Source: Octopus sinensis
Lineage: Eukaryota
DNA length: 64,000 bases
NCBI RefSeq assembly: GCF_006345805.1
Contig: NC_043008.1
Span: 71,982,001 to 72,046,000 of the forward strand
Direction of reading: 5' to 3'
In this document: in pieces, positions 40,040 to 52,055 of the stretch
Layout: the number at the start of each line of letters is the position of its first letter
Position numbering within the stretch: position 1 is the stretch's first letter
The notes under the pieces: generated by a model
What the model saw: only the letters and a program-made list of their open reading frames with translations
Told to the model about the DNA's origin: nothing
Databases searched by the model: none
Made by a program: the position numbers and the translations under genes

Positions 40040-40440
40040 GTACAACATGTTTCGACCCGTCAGTCTGGGTCTCTTCGCGTACATTTATAAAGAAGTCTCC
40101 CTAGAATTTTTAGAGTTCGCTGGCATATTATATGCCTGTCAAGTTAGGGAATGAATACGTTGTTGTGGGTTTTTCCTTCTATAGTTTTTTTTTCTGAATT
40201 CTACATTTTTGACGATATAATATAACTCTTCCTCAAATTTTGCGATGTGTTTATTAATAGGTGTATTATTCCGTGATTAAATTAACAGTCAAGTGTATTA
40301 TGTGGTACCGATTCATTCTGTCGATTAATGTTTCTATCGAAGGAGTAAGCTTTCCATCGCATTCAGCGAATTAATTGGCTGGTCTTCTCAAGAAGTGATC
40401 TAATGTATTCCTTTCTATATGGTATAGGTATATCTTTGAG
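40040..40440 (-). mobile_element. Internally deleted Penelope-like element remnant with terminal hammerhead-like motif
   Basis: Minus-strand LEKTSQLIR*MRWKAYSF and KFEEELYYIVKNVEFRK resemble the N-terminal region of Penelope-type ORFs as I recall them. They are followed within ~150 nt by GTAC-GCGAAGA-GACCC..GGGTC-GAAAC-AT-GTT-GTAC (40082-40040). Confidence 0.65.
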
Positions 40441-42224
40441 TGAGACGTCTAATACCATTTTTCCATCAACATTTAAAGAAACTAATCGGCTTATTTCTCC
40501 CCGCCGTTTGTTTGTTACTTTTTAAGCAGATGACGTTTAAACAAGGAAAGCTGATAAAGGAGGCAAAAAGAAACACGCAAGGGAGATAACCGACGTTACA
40601 ATAAACACAGCAAAGATAGTAATGGTTTGCTATGAGTCTGGTGGCATGTTTTTAAAATCTACCAAGATGTATCTATTGAAATGTGGATATACTGGATAAA
40701 ATCTCGTTTCTGGAATTTACGTAGTAGGTGAAGGCTTTCTGGTACTTTATGTGATATAGTTTTTCAAGAGAACATCCAGAACATCTTTTGGGCTCGTTAA
40801 TATCGTGTCTGGTTTTGGAGAGGATTTTCCATTGGTGTCGTAATTGGTCCCTTCGTCTTTAAGTTTGCAGGTTAAAGCTGAAAGTGTCGTTGAATGTCAT
40901 TTATCTCTGTGAATAAAATTCTAAAGATGATTGTTATATCTGGATTTAAATTTTCCTGCAACAGCTCCGATAAACGTCTGATTTCTCTATGATCATTGCT
41001 ATAGTTAGCTGAAACCTGAGTTTCATAAATGATGAAGGATATATCACTTTTAGATTTATCTCTAGATGTGCATCCAGGGCAGGTTAGATTTGTCTATTAG
41101 TTATTGATATACAATTTTATATTAATACGGAAGCAAGAAAAGATACTTTGAATAGTATGTCTATAAAAGATTTTTCTTTATCTATATGTTCTAGGATATC
41201 TACTAAGTGGAAGAATCTTCTATACACATTTGTCCTAACATAAAGGAAGAAGGAGAGAGCAAACCATTGAACGTTCTGACACATATTCTTATGGATAGAT
41301 GATAGAGGAGACGTGGGCGGGGTCTGTAAAAACAGCAAGATTTCAAATTGGAATCTTGACCGAAACGTCTGAAATACATATTTTCTTTCTTTCTAAATGA
41401 TTTCAGTACCTAAACATTAAAAGAAAATTGCAATCCTAAGATATGTACAATTAAAATAGTAGTGCACGTACTATAAGATATACTGGTTTACCATTCACAC
41501 AAAATAAAATGTATTAAGCCAAACGAAATATAAATTAAAAATATCATTTCTTATATATCATTTCCAATTTATCAGGAATATATTTTGAAAGCGAACTACT
41601 TTATGTCTAGCTCTCTAACCTAAAAGGCAAACAAATTACTTGAATAATATTACCTGCATTGAATTATTCCAATAAATACTGCCAGAATATGAGTTCTTAT
41701 TCATAATCAGACAATAGACGGTTATTTTTAAGATTAAGTTCAATAAAATCCATTCTGCTTTCGCTAAGGAATTATAAAGGACGGTTAGCTTGGCTACTCT
41801 ATTACTCTAAGATTATTACTAAAAACGCATTGCTTTCCAATTCTTCAGCCATAGATTTTTGCCAGCCTCCAATAGGAACAATGAACACACAAACTGGCCG
41901 TCAGCAGTTATGTAGATTGGTTATATAGAATATTATATTTAACTTACTATCGATGCAAAAGGGCAGTAGTTTTTAATAAAGAGATATGGCTAGATTAATG
42001 CTTCAGAGAAGACATAGCCATGTACTAAAACACACTTCCGTATACACTCGGACACACTCATGTACGCACATTTATATGGGCGGTTGTGTATACACATAGA
42101 ATCCTGTATATACAAACTCAGATATTCGCTTTTATATGCGCGTGTACATGTCCATACAAGTAAATAGATAAATATATATAGAGAGAGACACACGCACACA
42201 CATATATATCTGTAGAGACGCTCA

Positions 42225-42480
42225 CGCTTACACAGCGGTAAGAAGCATAATTCCGAATCACATGGTTCAGGGTTCAATACCATTCCGTAGCAACTTAGGC
42301 AAGTGTCTTCTACTATAGCCAAGGGACGACCACCGTTTTGTGAATTGACTTGGTAGACAGAAATTGCTTGAATAAGTACCAGGCTTACGTAAAATACAGG
42401 CGTCGATATATTCGAATAAATTCTTCAAGACGGTGTTCCGGCATGGCCACCGTCTGATGACTGAAACAAGTAGTAGATAA
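42225..42480 (+). mobile_element. SINE family B copy lacking the internal microsatellite region
   Basis: GGTTCAATACC B-box-like, GGCAAGTGTCTTCTACTATAGCC, then directly AATAAGTACCAGGCTT..GATGACTGAAAC. Confidence 0.75.
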
Positions 42481-42536
42481 AATATATAAACACACATGCA
42501 CAGATACATACAGATACACACACACACAACACACAC

Positions 42537-42603
<67 letters not shown>

Positions 42604-42675
42604 GACGGGCCCAAGATGCCATGAAGTGGGATTGAACCCGGACCATATATATATATCTGTAAATATATTATGTGA

Positions 42676-43144
42676 CAATTATTCGGTAGCCATGATATAG
42701 CATTTCTTCAGTTATCGAGCCATCGTAAAAAATGCTATGAAGACGACGGTTAAAACAAAGGGAAATTACTGTGTGATTGACCGTTATTAATGTAAAAGGG
42801 CTATTAGAATGACAACTAAATAAGGGGATTGAGTAAAGTTAAGGGAGTTAAAATGTTCATAGTAATCGCGTAAGCTCGCATGACCATACATACACATGCG
42901 CGCCTGCACACCCACCTACATGCGCCTATATTTTTACTCCCTTACTTTTCCTCTATGCCCTTACTTTGCAGTCATTATAATAGCTCTTTTGTTTTAATAA
43001 CGGTCAACCACAGTAATTTCCCTTTTTTTTAACTGTCATTTTCATAGCATTTTTTTCGATGGCCCGATAACTGAAGAGATGCAGGCATAGGTTTCCGCCT
43101 CGACATCCGAACCTCGGAGGGTTATCATGGCTACCGAATAATTG
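42676..43144. repeat. ~470-bp fold-back element
   Basis: CAATTATTCGGTAGCCATGATA.. / ..TATCATGGCTACCGAATAATTG, with ~150-bp diverged arms around a less symmetric centre. Confidence 0.85.
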
Positions 43145-43269
43145 CCAAATATTATATTTGCAGATAAATTCCTCTATTTACATAATATCGAGGTCTCTTT
43201 CATTCTTTTGTTGTCTTGCCATTTCTATCAATATATATATATATATATTTCGCTCCCCTTATTTCGCTC

Positions 43270-43522
43270 TCGCGTCTCATGTTTGATCTTTGACCTCTGG
43301 CCGAAATCAGATCGCCATGTTGATTCGTTAGCTACTGCACGCATTTTTTTTCTCTCCTTCTTTCTGTGTTTTTCTCTCTCTGGGTATCTTTCTGTTGAAG
43401 AGCGTAGGCTCGAAACGTTAAAGACTTGTTTTATTTATATTTCCTGAGCGCCATACTAATACAATTGTTCGTTTGTTTTCCACCTGCCTTCGTCTTTTGT
43501 TTATTTTCATAAAGCTTCCCGT
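43270..43522 (+). repeat. Dispersed short repeat ending in (TA)n, with hammerhead-like motif (copy 2)
   Basis: TCTTT-CTGTTGA-A-GAGC-GTAG-GCTC-GAAAC-GTT-AAAGA at 43387-43424. Confidence 0.75.
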
Positions 43523-43567
<45 letters not shown>

Positions 43568-46500
43568 GTATTTGAATAAATGTGGAACACACACACGCAC
43601 ACAAGCTTATATACTTATCCTTATATGTATGTATATTTCATTCATAGATTGAGCAATAAGCAGGCATACAGAGCGACGTAGCTAGGATCAGAGAGAAGAA
43701 TGGGTAGAAAGGCAAAAACGTATACATTAAGCTATCTGTTGCTGCAGACACAAAGGAAATACATGAAAGAGAATAAAAAGTAAGTAAGCTTCTACTTATT
43801 CATAGTTCGCTTTCATATTTGCCCTCTGTGTCTGAATACTAGCATAGGTTAATGCGTAAATGTATTCGATGTGCAATCCTGGATTATTCTTCCTATATAT
43901 ATATATATGTGTGTGTGTGTTTGTGTGTGTGTATACATATATGTATATATACATATATGTATATATACATATATACATATATACATGTATATATGTCTAT
44001 ATATGTATGTATATATGTATATGTATATATGTATATATATATACATACATATTTAATTTTTGTATAGCTTATGATATAGATGTCTGTTTGTGTAGGACGA
44101 TGTGTGTCCAAAAACCTGCCGAAAGACGGAAAACATATAGAGCCGACACGCACATACTCTAGTCCACACTCGTATTTTATTCAAACTGTTATTATACAAC
44201 ACACAGACACTCACACATACAGCCAAACACATACACACATACACACAGACACACACACACACATACGCAGTCACACTCATATTTACACGCTTAGCAACGA
44301 ATACAGAGAAAACCTGTAAAGATAAACTTAAAAATAATATATCCTTAAACAGACGTGTGTATACATATTTATATATAAATACATATGTATAGATAGATAC
44401 ATACATACATATATACATGTGTGCGTGTGTGTGCGTGCGTGTGTGTGCGTGCGTGTGTGTGTATATATATATACATATATGTCTATATATGTGTGTCTGC
44501 TTATGTTGTGTATGTATGTATGTTTGTGTGCATGTATGCATGTGTGTATGTATATTACAATCATACATGGACCTAGTGTTTGTTGAATGTCTATAGTTTT
44601 CATGGCGGAAAACTGAACAAGTGTTTCATGAAACAAAATTGATCCTGGCTGTAAGATCGTTTATACAATACTTCAAATGGTAAAGATCTGGATGAGTATT
44701 ATTGGAATTACTTTATTCTTCAGTCGGAATTTCCATTTAATTCCCATCTTTAAGCTAATAATTTCATAGCTGTCTTGATGAGAAGCCATTTATAAGATTG
44801 GAAAGTGTTATTGCAATACGGCTTCCCTCATGAACCTCCTATTTAATTCGCGTACTTAACTTACATATATGATTTACTTTAAAAACCTATTACTTCCCGC
44901 ACTATTTTTACTCATTATTTTTATGGTTTTTCATTCCCTCTCTTTCTTCCTCTCTTCCCTTTTAATCTCTAGCTATCTATTTCTGTCTATCTCTACTCCT
45001 TTCTATGTCTATCTTCATAATTTTCCTGTGTTCATCTTTTTTTTCCTACCTTTCATTTTGTATTTCGTCTCTCTTTCGCTTATTCTTTCTTTCTTCGTTT
45101 CTTTCTTCGATATTTCCGTTCTTTAGTAGAACCAGCTTTTCATAAAATGTCGTGAAGATGTTCTCTAAATGTTTATAAGGAAACACTACAGTTTCATTAG
45201 AAACGTGATAAAAGATAACTGTGTCCATTAACTAAGAATTTACCATCTTTATATATCATGGACATTTTCTGAGTTTGCGATTTTTACTGTAGCTATAAGT
45301 GTAGTTATAGTGTAGTTGTGCTGTATGTTGAAAATATGGAAGTAGTGTGGAAGGTGTCACAGGTTAACTGTTCTTTGACTGCGCCATCAATATATCTTCT
45401 TCGGTAAGAAGTTGAGCTTGAAATTGTGTTCGTTTTTTTATATATATATATTCCTTAATACTCTGAGATTGCAAACCCGCTCTCATACTTCAAGATCGTT
45501 ATAGGACCGTTCAACAACGAACAATCAGAGGTGTACTGAGGTAATTTGAAGTGTCTCAATCGAATAGTAAACGTCCTCCGTTTCTGTCTACGAGTGTAAC
45601 ATCATAAATATCCATTGCATTATATTCTGCATTCAAAGTCTATCACCATCAAAAAAATTCATTACCACATAAGACTTCTAATGCGGTTAGAAACTATAAG
45701 GGAAAATATTACACATCATCTAGGCGATTTAGTTGAGAAAAGAAGGTTTCTAAGGATTCAAGCCCTATTTCTCTTTGAATGAAATCCAATATATTGTCTC
45801 CAAAGCTTCTATAAGTGTTTTACATAATATCTCAAGTTTGCAAGGAACAATATAGTTTTAACTAATGTCATTTATCTCCAGAAGTCTTCTGTGTGTGCTT
45901 GAAATTAGTATTTTGGTGTTGGAGATTGTTCTATTAATTTTGTTATAGTTTCATTGTTATCGTTGTTTGTATTATTATTACAGTTATCATTGCTGTTAGT
46001 TTGGACGCAATGCTGGTCATGGCTAAAGAATAGATCTACCTTAGAAGGCGTTGCAGCCACGACTTAGCCATCTTTCTTCAGAAATACGGTATGTAAGGCA
46101 GAAAACAAGCTGATTTAAACAAGCAATTACCAGTGTCATGTTACCTTGTCATATTACACAAATGTTAACAATCGATAAACATTAATTCACGTGTTAATAA
46201 GGAAATTGTCAGCAAACATTCTGTCACCGGTGTTAGTTGTCAAATAGGCCGACACAAGATTCTAACGCCAAAATACAATAATGATAACTGATGCTAAATT
46301 AATCAGAAAATTTAAATATAAATACAATATAACTTATAATATAATTTTGAATCTAATTAATCTGGTGGAGAAAAACTATTTTCCATTCAAAATATGTGAC
46401 TATTTCCTCACTTGAAACTTCTGTAGACTATTAGCAACAATATGGGAGTGTTATGGACCCCTTTATTTTGAAAGTTATGGGTTCCTTCCACGTTAATCAG

Positions 46501-47692
46501 ACGCCTGAAATTTTCACAGTCACATTGAATTAAGCCATGTCTTACTCCATGGTATATACAGAGTTGGGGGGGGGTGCAGAGACAGTTCAATTTCGTAGAA
46601 AATTTTGTTCCAAACCGAGTAACAGCTATTTAATCAGACACAGATGGGTAGTCATACTTGTTTCCTTATGTCTTCGAAAAAATCTTATAGTGTTTTATAC
46701 AATTGCTACTTATTATTATATATTGTGCAGCGCCTCTACTCTATCCCTGATTTTATATAACATTGTAGCGCCCTACAACACATATTTTGATCTTCTATTG
46801 TAACAAGTCTATTGTTTGTATGAATAGTCCCCGGTGGCAAATAAATGAAGCGTTTATTAATATTCATAAAATTAACTACATCCAAAGTTTAAATGTTTTC
46901 AAATTGTTGTTCTTCTTCGTATATTTCAAAATTTTTTCCATTCCATTGTTTTGTTGTGTATTTAGTATTCAGGAGATCAATATAACGATATAAAAATATT
47001 GCTTTTCTAAAAAAAGTCGTCAATAATTACTTTTCAATGTTATTTTGGTGTATGTTGTTGGTAAAAGAGAGTCCATCAAGTTCACAGTGTGTGTTTGCAG
47101 TCAGTAAAGTCAGTTTGTTATTGTCTCTGTATTTCCTTGTGGCAGACAACAGGACGTTACAATTTCTGCTTGGTGAATCGATTTCGTGACAGGATTTTCG
47201 ATTCACAGTTTGGAATCAAATCACATAATATCATAAATCACGGGATTTCCAAAACATGTATGACGGGAGTTCTAGTTGCAAGACTGGTACTATTTAAACA
47301 TCTTTATATCATTTAGAGCTTCTTTGTACACAGCTAGGGCTAACACAGAAATTACACACACACACACACACACACTCACACACACAGAAGAATGATATGA
47401 CAAGGGAATGGAAGTTATCAGAATTTAATGTAGGTCACAAAATTTTTTTCTGCACGGCACATCAGCGTTAAAGTGTCGTGTATATATATTCATATAACAT
47501 TATACAAGATCATTCTTTATGATTTTATATAGTTGAATATTTTTCAGCCACATCCGTGTCGTATGTGAGCACTCATAGGGTAGAATACACATTACGAGAT
47601 TCTTCCCCGAATACACGCTGTTGTGTGGATAAACGAAGTAAAAACAAAATATATTAACACCATCAAATATAAAATATGTTACTATATAGGTA

Positions 47693-47846
47693 CAGGAGTG
47701 GCTATGTAGTAAGGAGCTTTTATACCAACCACAGGGTTCCTGGTACAGTCCCACTGCGTGTCACCTTGGTGTCTTATGCTATTGCCCCGGATCGACCAAA
47801 GGTTTCTGAGTAGATTTGGTAGACGGAAGCTGAAAGAATCCTGCCG

Positions 47847-47883
<37 letters not shown>

Positions 47884-48425
47884 CTTTTATTTTTTATTTC
47901 TTTCAGTCATTTGACTGCGGCCATGCCGGAGCACCGCCTTTAGTCGAGCAAGTCGACCCTAGGACATTTACTTTGTAAGCCTAGTATTTATTCTATTGGT
48001 CTCTCTTGCCTAACCGCTAAGTGACACACCAGCATCGGTTGTCAAGCGATGTTGGGGGGCAAACATATACGACGGGCTTCTTTCAGTTTCCGTCTACCAA
48101 CCCCACTCACAAGGCTTTAATCGGCCCGAGGCTATAGTAGAAGACACTCGCCCAAGGCGCCACACAGTGGGATTGAACACGGAACCATGAGGTTGATAAA
48201 CAAGCTACTTACCACGCAGCCACTCCTGCTTATATATATACATGTATATGTTTGTATGTCTGTGTTATCCCCACACCCATCAGTTGACAACCGACGTTGG
48301 TGTGTTAACTGATATAGTAAATACTAGGCTTATAAAGAATAAGTCCTGGGGTAGATTTGTTCGACTAAAGGGAGTGCTTCAGCATGGTCGCAGTCAAGTG
48401 ACTGAAACAAATAAAAAAAAAAGAA
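47693..48425. mobile_element. Nested SINE family B: minus-strand copy (47881-48228) inside the (TA)n of a plus-strand copy
   Basis: Order is + head 47693-47847, (TA)n, complete minus copy ending CAGCCACTCCTG at 48228, TA, + 3' half about 48246-48425. Confidence 0.85.
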
Positions 48426-49415
48426 TCAAAGAATGTATACATGCAAGACATGATAAAGCAAAAGTTAGACACTTTCAGATGGTGAATTTATAGGTATTAA
48501 TATCCTATTTATATATTTTATTAATATCCTATTAATATGAATATCTATTTATTTACACATACAAATTCACCATCTGAAAGTGTCCAGTTTTTGTTTTATC
48601 ACGTTTTGTATGTATGCATATATACGTATTTTGTATTTGATTTATTTGATATATCTAAGGTATTTGCTATGTCTAATTTGTTTATCCACACAATTTCTTC
48701 TATGCCCGCTCAACGTGAACTCTCTTATAGTATTTCCGTACCTTGTGGAGCGATCTCCTGTGAAAACATCGAAATCTAGGTTTGAATCTTTGGAGCTCTA
48801 CTAACTCTCTTCTAGACGGAGAATATCTGGATCCCGTCTGTGAAGTATACATACATACATGCATACATACAAATATATATACATACATACATACATATAC
48901 TTCCGTGAGGATTGGAGGTTCGGAAGCCAAACCAGCTAAGGGATAGTACTGATCCAATACACTGCTGGTAATGTACCCAATTATTAATACCCAAATGCTG
49001 GTTATTGCGTGGCAGTTTCGCAATCGAGAGTCATATATGGGCGGGGGTAAAATGTGGTTTACCCTTAATTTATACGGCAAAAAAGAATATGGAGGGGATA
49101 CAAAAATGAGTGTTCCTCTAGGCTTCTTCAAGAAGCCTAGAGGCACACTCAACATACAAACTTTATCTATCCGTCCCTCCAGAACACTGAAGAGATGGTG
49201 GTAGCATGGAGGATATCGTGGTCTCTTGGCAGAAACTGCCGTAAGTAACTGATCTTTTACTCTTTTATGTATTACTAGCCTATATGTGTATAATAATCAG
49301 TCTTTGCATATGTGTGTATTCTTATAATATTTCCTTATGTTTTAGAATAGACATAATAGAATTCTACCGGCTGGTGTATGTAATTTTTGTATCCCTTCCA
49401 TTTGCTTTTTCGCCT

Positions 49416-49474
<59 letters not shown>

Positions 49475-49693
49475 TGTACACCCCCTCCATCATATCGGCA
49501 TAAATCTGAAAAGTTACCCAGTGTACTATATGGGAAGTATTGAAGCGATTGCAAAGCAGCGCGAAATATGAACCGTTTTGTTCAAGAGTACAACGTACCA
49601 CTCTGGCCTGAGAGTGAAATTAGGATCTTGCGATCATGGGTGCAACAACCTAACCTAACTTTAAAATATATACATACATGCATATATACAGAT

Positions 49694-50873
49694 AGTCCAC
49701 AATATTAGCCGATCGTTCCTATCTACATTTCACAATGATTGAATACATTTTTCAATATCCTAACTGACGTACGGAAGCAACAATGTAAAAACCATCAATG
49801 CAAGGCAAGATAACTCTAAGTTACATCATGTTGCCTTCTATAAAATGGTTGCGAATGCATAATAAAATATTTTACAAAGAAAAAGCCCTTACCAAGAGTG
49901 GAAGGTAAAGAGAGACAGTCAGATTCACACACACACGCGCGCGCACACACACACGCGCGCGCACACACACATATGCGTACATTGAAAGGTAGACAGATAT
50001 ATAGATAGCGCCGCATAACAAACTTGCATCTGTGGACTGAAGGTTTGGACGATATCAATGTTTTCCAATATGACTGTCCATTCCCTTCCATAGCGTTGCC
50101 GCGCAACGTTAAATCGATGAAAGTAATTTCAAACAATAATAGAGATCATACTGAATATATTTTCTTTGTTTTTGAGCTCACCTTTTGTCGCGCCTTCATC
50201 TATATGTCCACTGTATCAAAGCCACTGCAGCTCTAATCTCTTCAACCAAACAATAACTATTTTTCTTTAGTATTTCCTGAAGATTAGTTCTTTGTTCTTT
50301 GGTTTAGAATTCTTTTATATACTTCTGTATCTGCATGAAAGCATTATTTTGCGGCTCCCTCTCTAGTTCACGAAATATTATACATCTCTCTTACGACAAA
50401 TCCCACCTAGGTAACGCATAGATGTTGCACCTACAAACCAAGGTTATCCTACCTCTACTAGTGACATTGTTCCCTGCTATCCGCATGTCTCAATCGATTC
50501 TCTGCACCATTTATAAGAGAACTTCTTCTATGCTTGCTCTTTTCTGAGATACGGTCTACACACAATATTTCATTGTCAATACCGATCATACAGTAAAATC
50601 ACAGCATTGCTTTTGCCATTGCACTATGGCTCGCGACGCAAGCACTTCATACGTATCTTTAGCTTCCACTCTTGGTAAGGGCTTTTTCTGTGTAAAACAT
50701 TTTATTATGCATTCGCAACCATTTTATAGAAGGCAATATGGTGTAACTTAGAGTTATCTTGCCTTGCATTGATGGTTTTTACATTGTTGCTTCCGTACGT
50801 CAGTTCGGATATCGAAAACTCTATTCTATCATTGTGAAATGTAGATAGGAACGATCGACTAATATTGTGGACT
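49694..50873. repeat. Long inverted repeat, ~218-bp arms (49694-49911 / 50656-50873) with ~745-bp spacer
   Basis: Arms are roughly 90% identical by eye (e.g. GACGTACGGAAGCAACAATGTAAAAACCATCAATGCAAGGCAAGATAACTCTAAGTTACA and its reverse complement). No TSD seen. Confidence 0.9.
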
Positions 50874-51694
50874 TTCAATTCCTTCTGAAGGAATACCAAC
50901 GCTAGATAGAACAGCATTCCTATGATTTCGCAAAGGATTAACTCAGTTTATGATTGTAAGACTATAATCTGAGCTATGTATATCAATTATAATCCGCATA
51001 TGTGTAACATGTACTCTTTAAGTACATGTACTTTGTGATAAGGTAGCATACAACATCGTAAAGGTTGGCAAAAACGTAATTACACCTTATCAGCGATATA
51101 CTGAAATAAAGTAGTCTTCAGATTAAAAATAAAATCGTGTAAAGGATTATATTTAAATCAATAAGAAATATATATTAGCACCACGACATAGACTTTTGTC
51201 AGTAATAAACTTCCCGCCAAAAGTTTGGATGCTACCAAACTGACTTCTTTTTTTATTCCCTTTAAAGGTTGCACGGCAAACACATCTTTACATCAATCTA
51301 AAATATGTCAGTGTCTATGTCGATCTCAAAGATTACGAGCATTTAGTTCTTCCACAAATTGAGATTCTTACTGAAACAATTAGAAAGCGGCTGTGTACTC
51401 CGTGTGTGTGTGTGTACTTCAAACATAATTCTCAGTTCGAATGAGCATGTAACAATAAAATAAGGCTCCACTACTGCCTAATAGAGATAGTTAACGAAGG
51501 AAAAAAGTTTCACTCCACTTCTATAATATAATTAACAAGTCTACACTGAAATATACACACTACATTAGATTTAAACTGCATGACTCTATATTACAGTACA
51601 TTGCACTATACTACACTATACTGCACTTTCACATAACATTACACCACTCTATGCTGTTCTCAACAGGATGATTTCAATGAAACTTATCCTACGT

Positions 51695-52055
51695 ATGGCC
51701 GTGTAGTTGTTTTCAAATCACATGGTTCCGTTTTCAGTCCCACTGCATGGCACATTCGGTGTCTCCTACTATAACCTCGAGTCGACTAAAGCCTTGTGAA
51801 TGGATATGGTAGATGGAAACTTAAAGAAGCCCGTCGTGTGTGTGTATATGTAAATATATTTCTATGTGTATGAGTGTATATGTGTAATTGTTCCTGTAGC
51901 TGTCCGCCACTGCCGATTTTATTTACCTCTCTGTTTCGGAGCGGTCCGGCAAATGAGACCGATTGAATAATTACTAGACTTAATAAAAATTCAGCAAGTC
52001 AGCGCTTCAGCATGGCCGCAGTCTGATGACTGAAACAAGTAACTAATAAAAGATA
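51695..52055 (+). mobile_element. SINE family B copy
   Basis: TGGCCGTGTAG head, TTCAGTCCCACTGC, GACTAAAGCCTTGTGAATGGAT.TGGTAGATGGAAAC and 3' CATGGCCGCAGTC..GACTGAAAC. Confidence 0.8.
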
